From the NCBI RefSeq assembly GCF_964188315.1, contig NC_135667.1, positions 14,012,001 through 14,076,000 of the forward strand: a stretch of DNA of 64,000 nucleotides, in the 5' to 3' direction. The stretch is from Podarcis muralis (Eukaryota). Shown in pieces: positions 61,601 to 64,000 of this stretch (positions are counted from its first letter, which is position 1; each line of letters opens with the position of its first letter). The translations under genes and the position numbers were made by a program. The notes under the pieces are model-generated. The model did not search any database. It was not told the DNA's origin and was given only the letters and a program-made list of their open reading frames with translations.

Positions 61601-61933
61601 CTGCATGAAAATAACGTGCACTAAAATATCCCATAGAAGTGAATGGATTCACCACTCTGGATCTCCACTCAAACTCCATTGAGAAAGGATAGATAAATAT
61701 AAAAGCAATGAATTATGGTGTAATTTAAAACACCCTTCTGCTTTGTTCTAGTATGTTTTGCTGGCCTACCATCCTTTGAAAAAAATAACACGCACTTTAG
61801 TTTTAATTACTGCTCAACCCGATAATGATTTCTGGGTAAGTCTCAGACATTCATAAAATTGCTCACCTTCCTGGAAAGGACTGGAAATTAGGATTCCAAG
61901 AAGGCAAAGACTGAAGTAGGTGAAGAGTCCCAT
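58665..61933 (-). CDS. C-type lectin paralog 4 (160 aa, QPD/WND). Coding exons 61933-61867, 60835-60744, 59864-59724, 59187-59073, 58732-58665
   Basis: MGLFTYFSLCLLGILISSPFQE-AEADTCAREWLQNQGNCY...QPDNYRNAEHCVEL...WNDAPC...YICKHEL*; same exon sizes as paralogs 1 and 2. Confidence 0.94.
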
Positions 61934-62665
61934 CTTCTGGTTGACCTTTGAGGGAGATGAATGTACAGCACGGTAAAATCAAAGCTACATTCATTGGTTG
62001 CCATACATACAATGGGAGGGAGGGAAGGAGGAAGGAAGGATTGCAATTCTCCTTTATTTGAACTTCCAAGAACTGGGAAGGTTAGAGAAAGAAGGGAGAA
62101 GCTGAAATTTCGAATAGTTGTCAGTGTTATGAAAGGGTATATTGACATTGATTTAAAGTGAGCTTCATCAGCTTCAGGAATATTTTGTGATTTTTTATTT
62201 TTTTTAGATGCTCATGAAAATTCATTACATTTTAGTGCAAATTTCTGTTAAGAAACACCACTTTGTATGCAGTTTTGAGTGATGTACACATTTTTCCAAG
62301 CAATTTCCCCATATATAATTCATTTTTGGAACCACTATTTGGTTGGAGAACTGTATCATAAAATTCAGACAAGTTTGAATTTCGAAAGGAGAGCTGTGTT
62401 TCAGTTTGCATATTTTTTCCGGAAAGTGAGAATCTGATATATTTGCCTTTAAATCCATTTTCACTCCCATCCCTATATACACCCCCTGGTGGTTTTCAGT
62501 CTACCTGTTAACTGGAAATCAAATTTCGATCTGCACACAAATGAGTCCATGCAGGTTTTCTGTTCAGCTTTTGTGCCAATTTTCTTCTCTGTCTGATCTT
62601 CTTTTTCTGTCTGATTTGTGAACTTAGGGCTCATCTGCACTTACTCCATGCTTTCTAGGCAAAGG

Positions 62666-62901
62666 TTCAGGTTTTCCAAGTCTGTGTCTGAGCAGGGTTT
62701 TTTATTTTTATTTTTTCCCCCTCACAGGGTTTTCCATGGGAAAAACCAAAGTTTTACCTCTGAATTGGAGCAAATGGCAGTCTGTGGAAAAGCCAATTGC
62801 TGTTTGCTCTGACTAAATGGTAAAATGTGAGCTTTCCCAGGGAAAGCTCTGGGATTAAAAAAAACAAAACAAAACCCTGATCAGACACAGATTTGGAAAG
62901 C
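62666..62901. repeat. Imperfect inverted repeat (probable palindromic MITE) in lectin 4 intron 1
   Basis: Arms TTTCCAAGTCTGTGTCTGAGCAGGGTTTT and AAAACCCTGATCAGACACAGATTTGGAAA. Confidence 0.6.
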
Positions 62902-63436
62902 CCAGTTCTGTGCCTAGAAACACAGCATAAAAGGAAGCATGGATGAGCCTTTATCTGCTTAGTGACAGAATTATACATTGTTGTTTTCTATCAGTCAGTG
63001 GAGACTGATCCATTAGGGCAGTGATAACCAAACTTGGCCCGCCAGCTGTTTTGGGACTACAATTCCCATCATCCCTGACCACTGGTTCTGTTAGCTAGGG
63101 ATGATGGGAGTTGTAGTCCCAAAACAGTGGAGGGACAAGTTTGGCCACCACTGCATTAGGGCAAATAGGAACTGCCCCACCAACCTCAGCCTGCCCTCAG
63201 CCAATCCTCATTTTCCTGCTTTCCTATTTACAACCAACCAGTGAGTGGCTCTGCCTGCCATTGGCTGTGGCTCCATCAACTGTTGGCCTCCCTGCCTTTG
63301 GCCCTATCAGTTCTAGTGGGCACCAGCCACCCTCACCACAAGTCCTTGTTCTTCACGAACCTTTCAACCATCTCCCTCACGGCCTTTGAAAAAATCCCTT
63401 CACCAAGACTCGTAGATCACTTCCACAAGCTCTTAC

Positions 63437-63614
63437 CTTGCGATGCTGTTCTTCTGGGTGGACCAGTGTGGTTGTCAGCTGAGCCAGGTGCCTCCCTGAT
63501 GGTCTCACCTAGTCTGGGCGGCTGTTATATAGACCCCAGGCAGAGGTGGTGCAATACCAAGATGAGCAGAATGCTGCAAGGAAATCCTGGTCTGATGCCT
63601 TCAGTTTTGCATAA
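63437..63614 (-). promoter_or_regulatory. Promoter and non-coding exon 1 of lectin paralog 4
   Basis: TATATAA at 63531-63525; AAG|GTAAG donor at 63437; highly similar to the paralog 2 promoter. Confidence 0.75.
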
Positions 63615-64000
63615 TTTAAGGCCAAATCAGTGGAATGTAGCTTGCATCAACCTCTCTTTCAACTTGGTAGGGAAAAGCATAGTGAGGGAGGGGGGGGGAG
63701 AGTTTTGAATCCATTTCCTTCTGAAGAGGAACAGGAACCACATACTTAACCAACCATGGAAATACTGGTCCGATGTCTTCAGTCTTGCATAATCCAGGGC
63801 TGAATCGGTGGAATGCGGCTTGTATCACTAGCATTGAGCATTGCAAAAAGGGCATCATGATACCCTTTAGTTATCTATAAATTTGTTACATATGATCAAA
63901 AATAAATATTTAGGTGTAGAAAGGCATATGGTGTTGGGGAGGCTTTTAAAAAAGCGATATTATTAACTAGGAGAGTAGGAAAAGCATTTATGAAAATGAT

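Overview
Vertebrate genomic DNA, almost certainly from a squamate and probably a lacertid lizard (inferred from Sauria SINEs, BovB/RTE and L2 LINEs). It has one 145-N gap (5765-5909). (1) A small tRNA cluster: intact tRNA-Pro(TGG) and tRNA-Thr(TGT), plus a tRNA-Pro(AGG) split by a palindromic hAT MITE. (2) Next to it, tail-to-tail, a two-exon RNase A superfamily gene with an intact catalytic triad, a net acidic mature chain and a C-terminal QEDL. (3) Four complete REG/venom-lectin-like C-type lectin genes arranged -,+,+,-; three are QPD/WND and one is EPN/WID, and all end in KHEL. (4) A very young, apparently intact 5.5 kb Ty3/Gypsy chromovirus nested in a hAT MITE inside intron 2 of the first lectin gene. 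It shows a Tf1-style 11-nt self-priming signature, a -1 frameshift pseudoknot, a pol ORF that reads through the whole U3, and an integrase whose degenerate chromodomain is followed by acidic FxGF-like motifs resembling LEDGF/TFIIS-N-terminal-domain binding motifs. That last feature is my best candidate for an undescribed system. The rest is MITEs, SINEs, LINE fragments, a solo LTR and microsatellites. All calls were made by eye; no database search was run.
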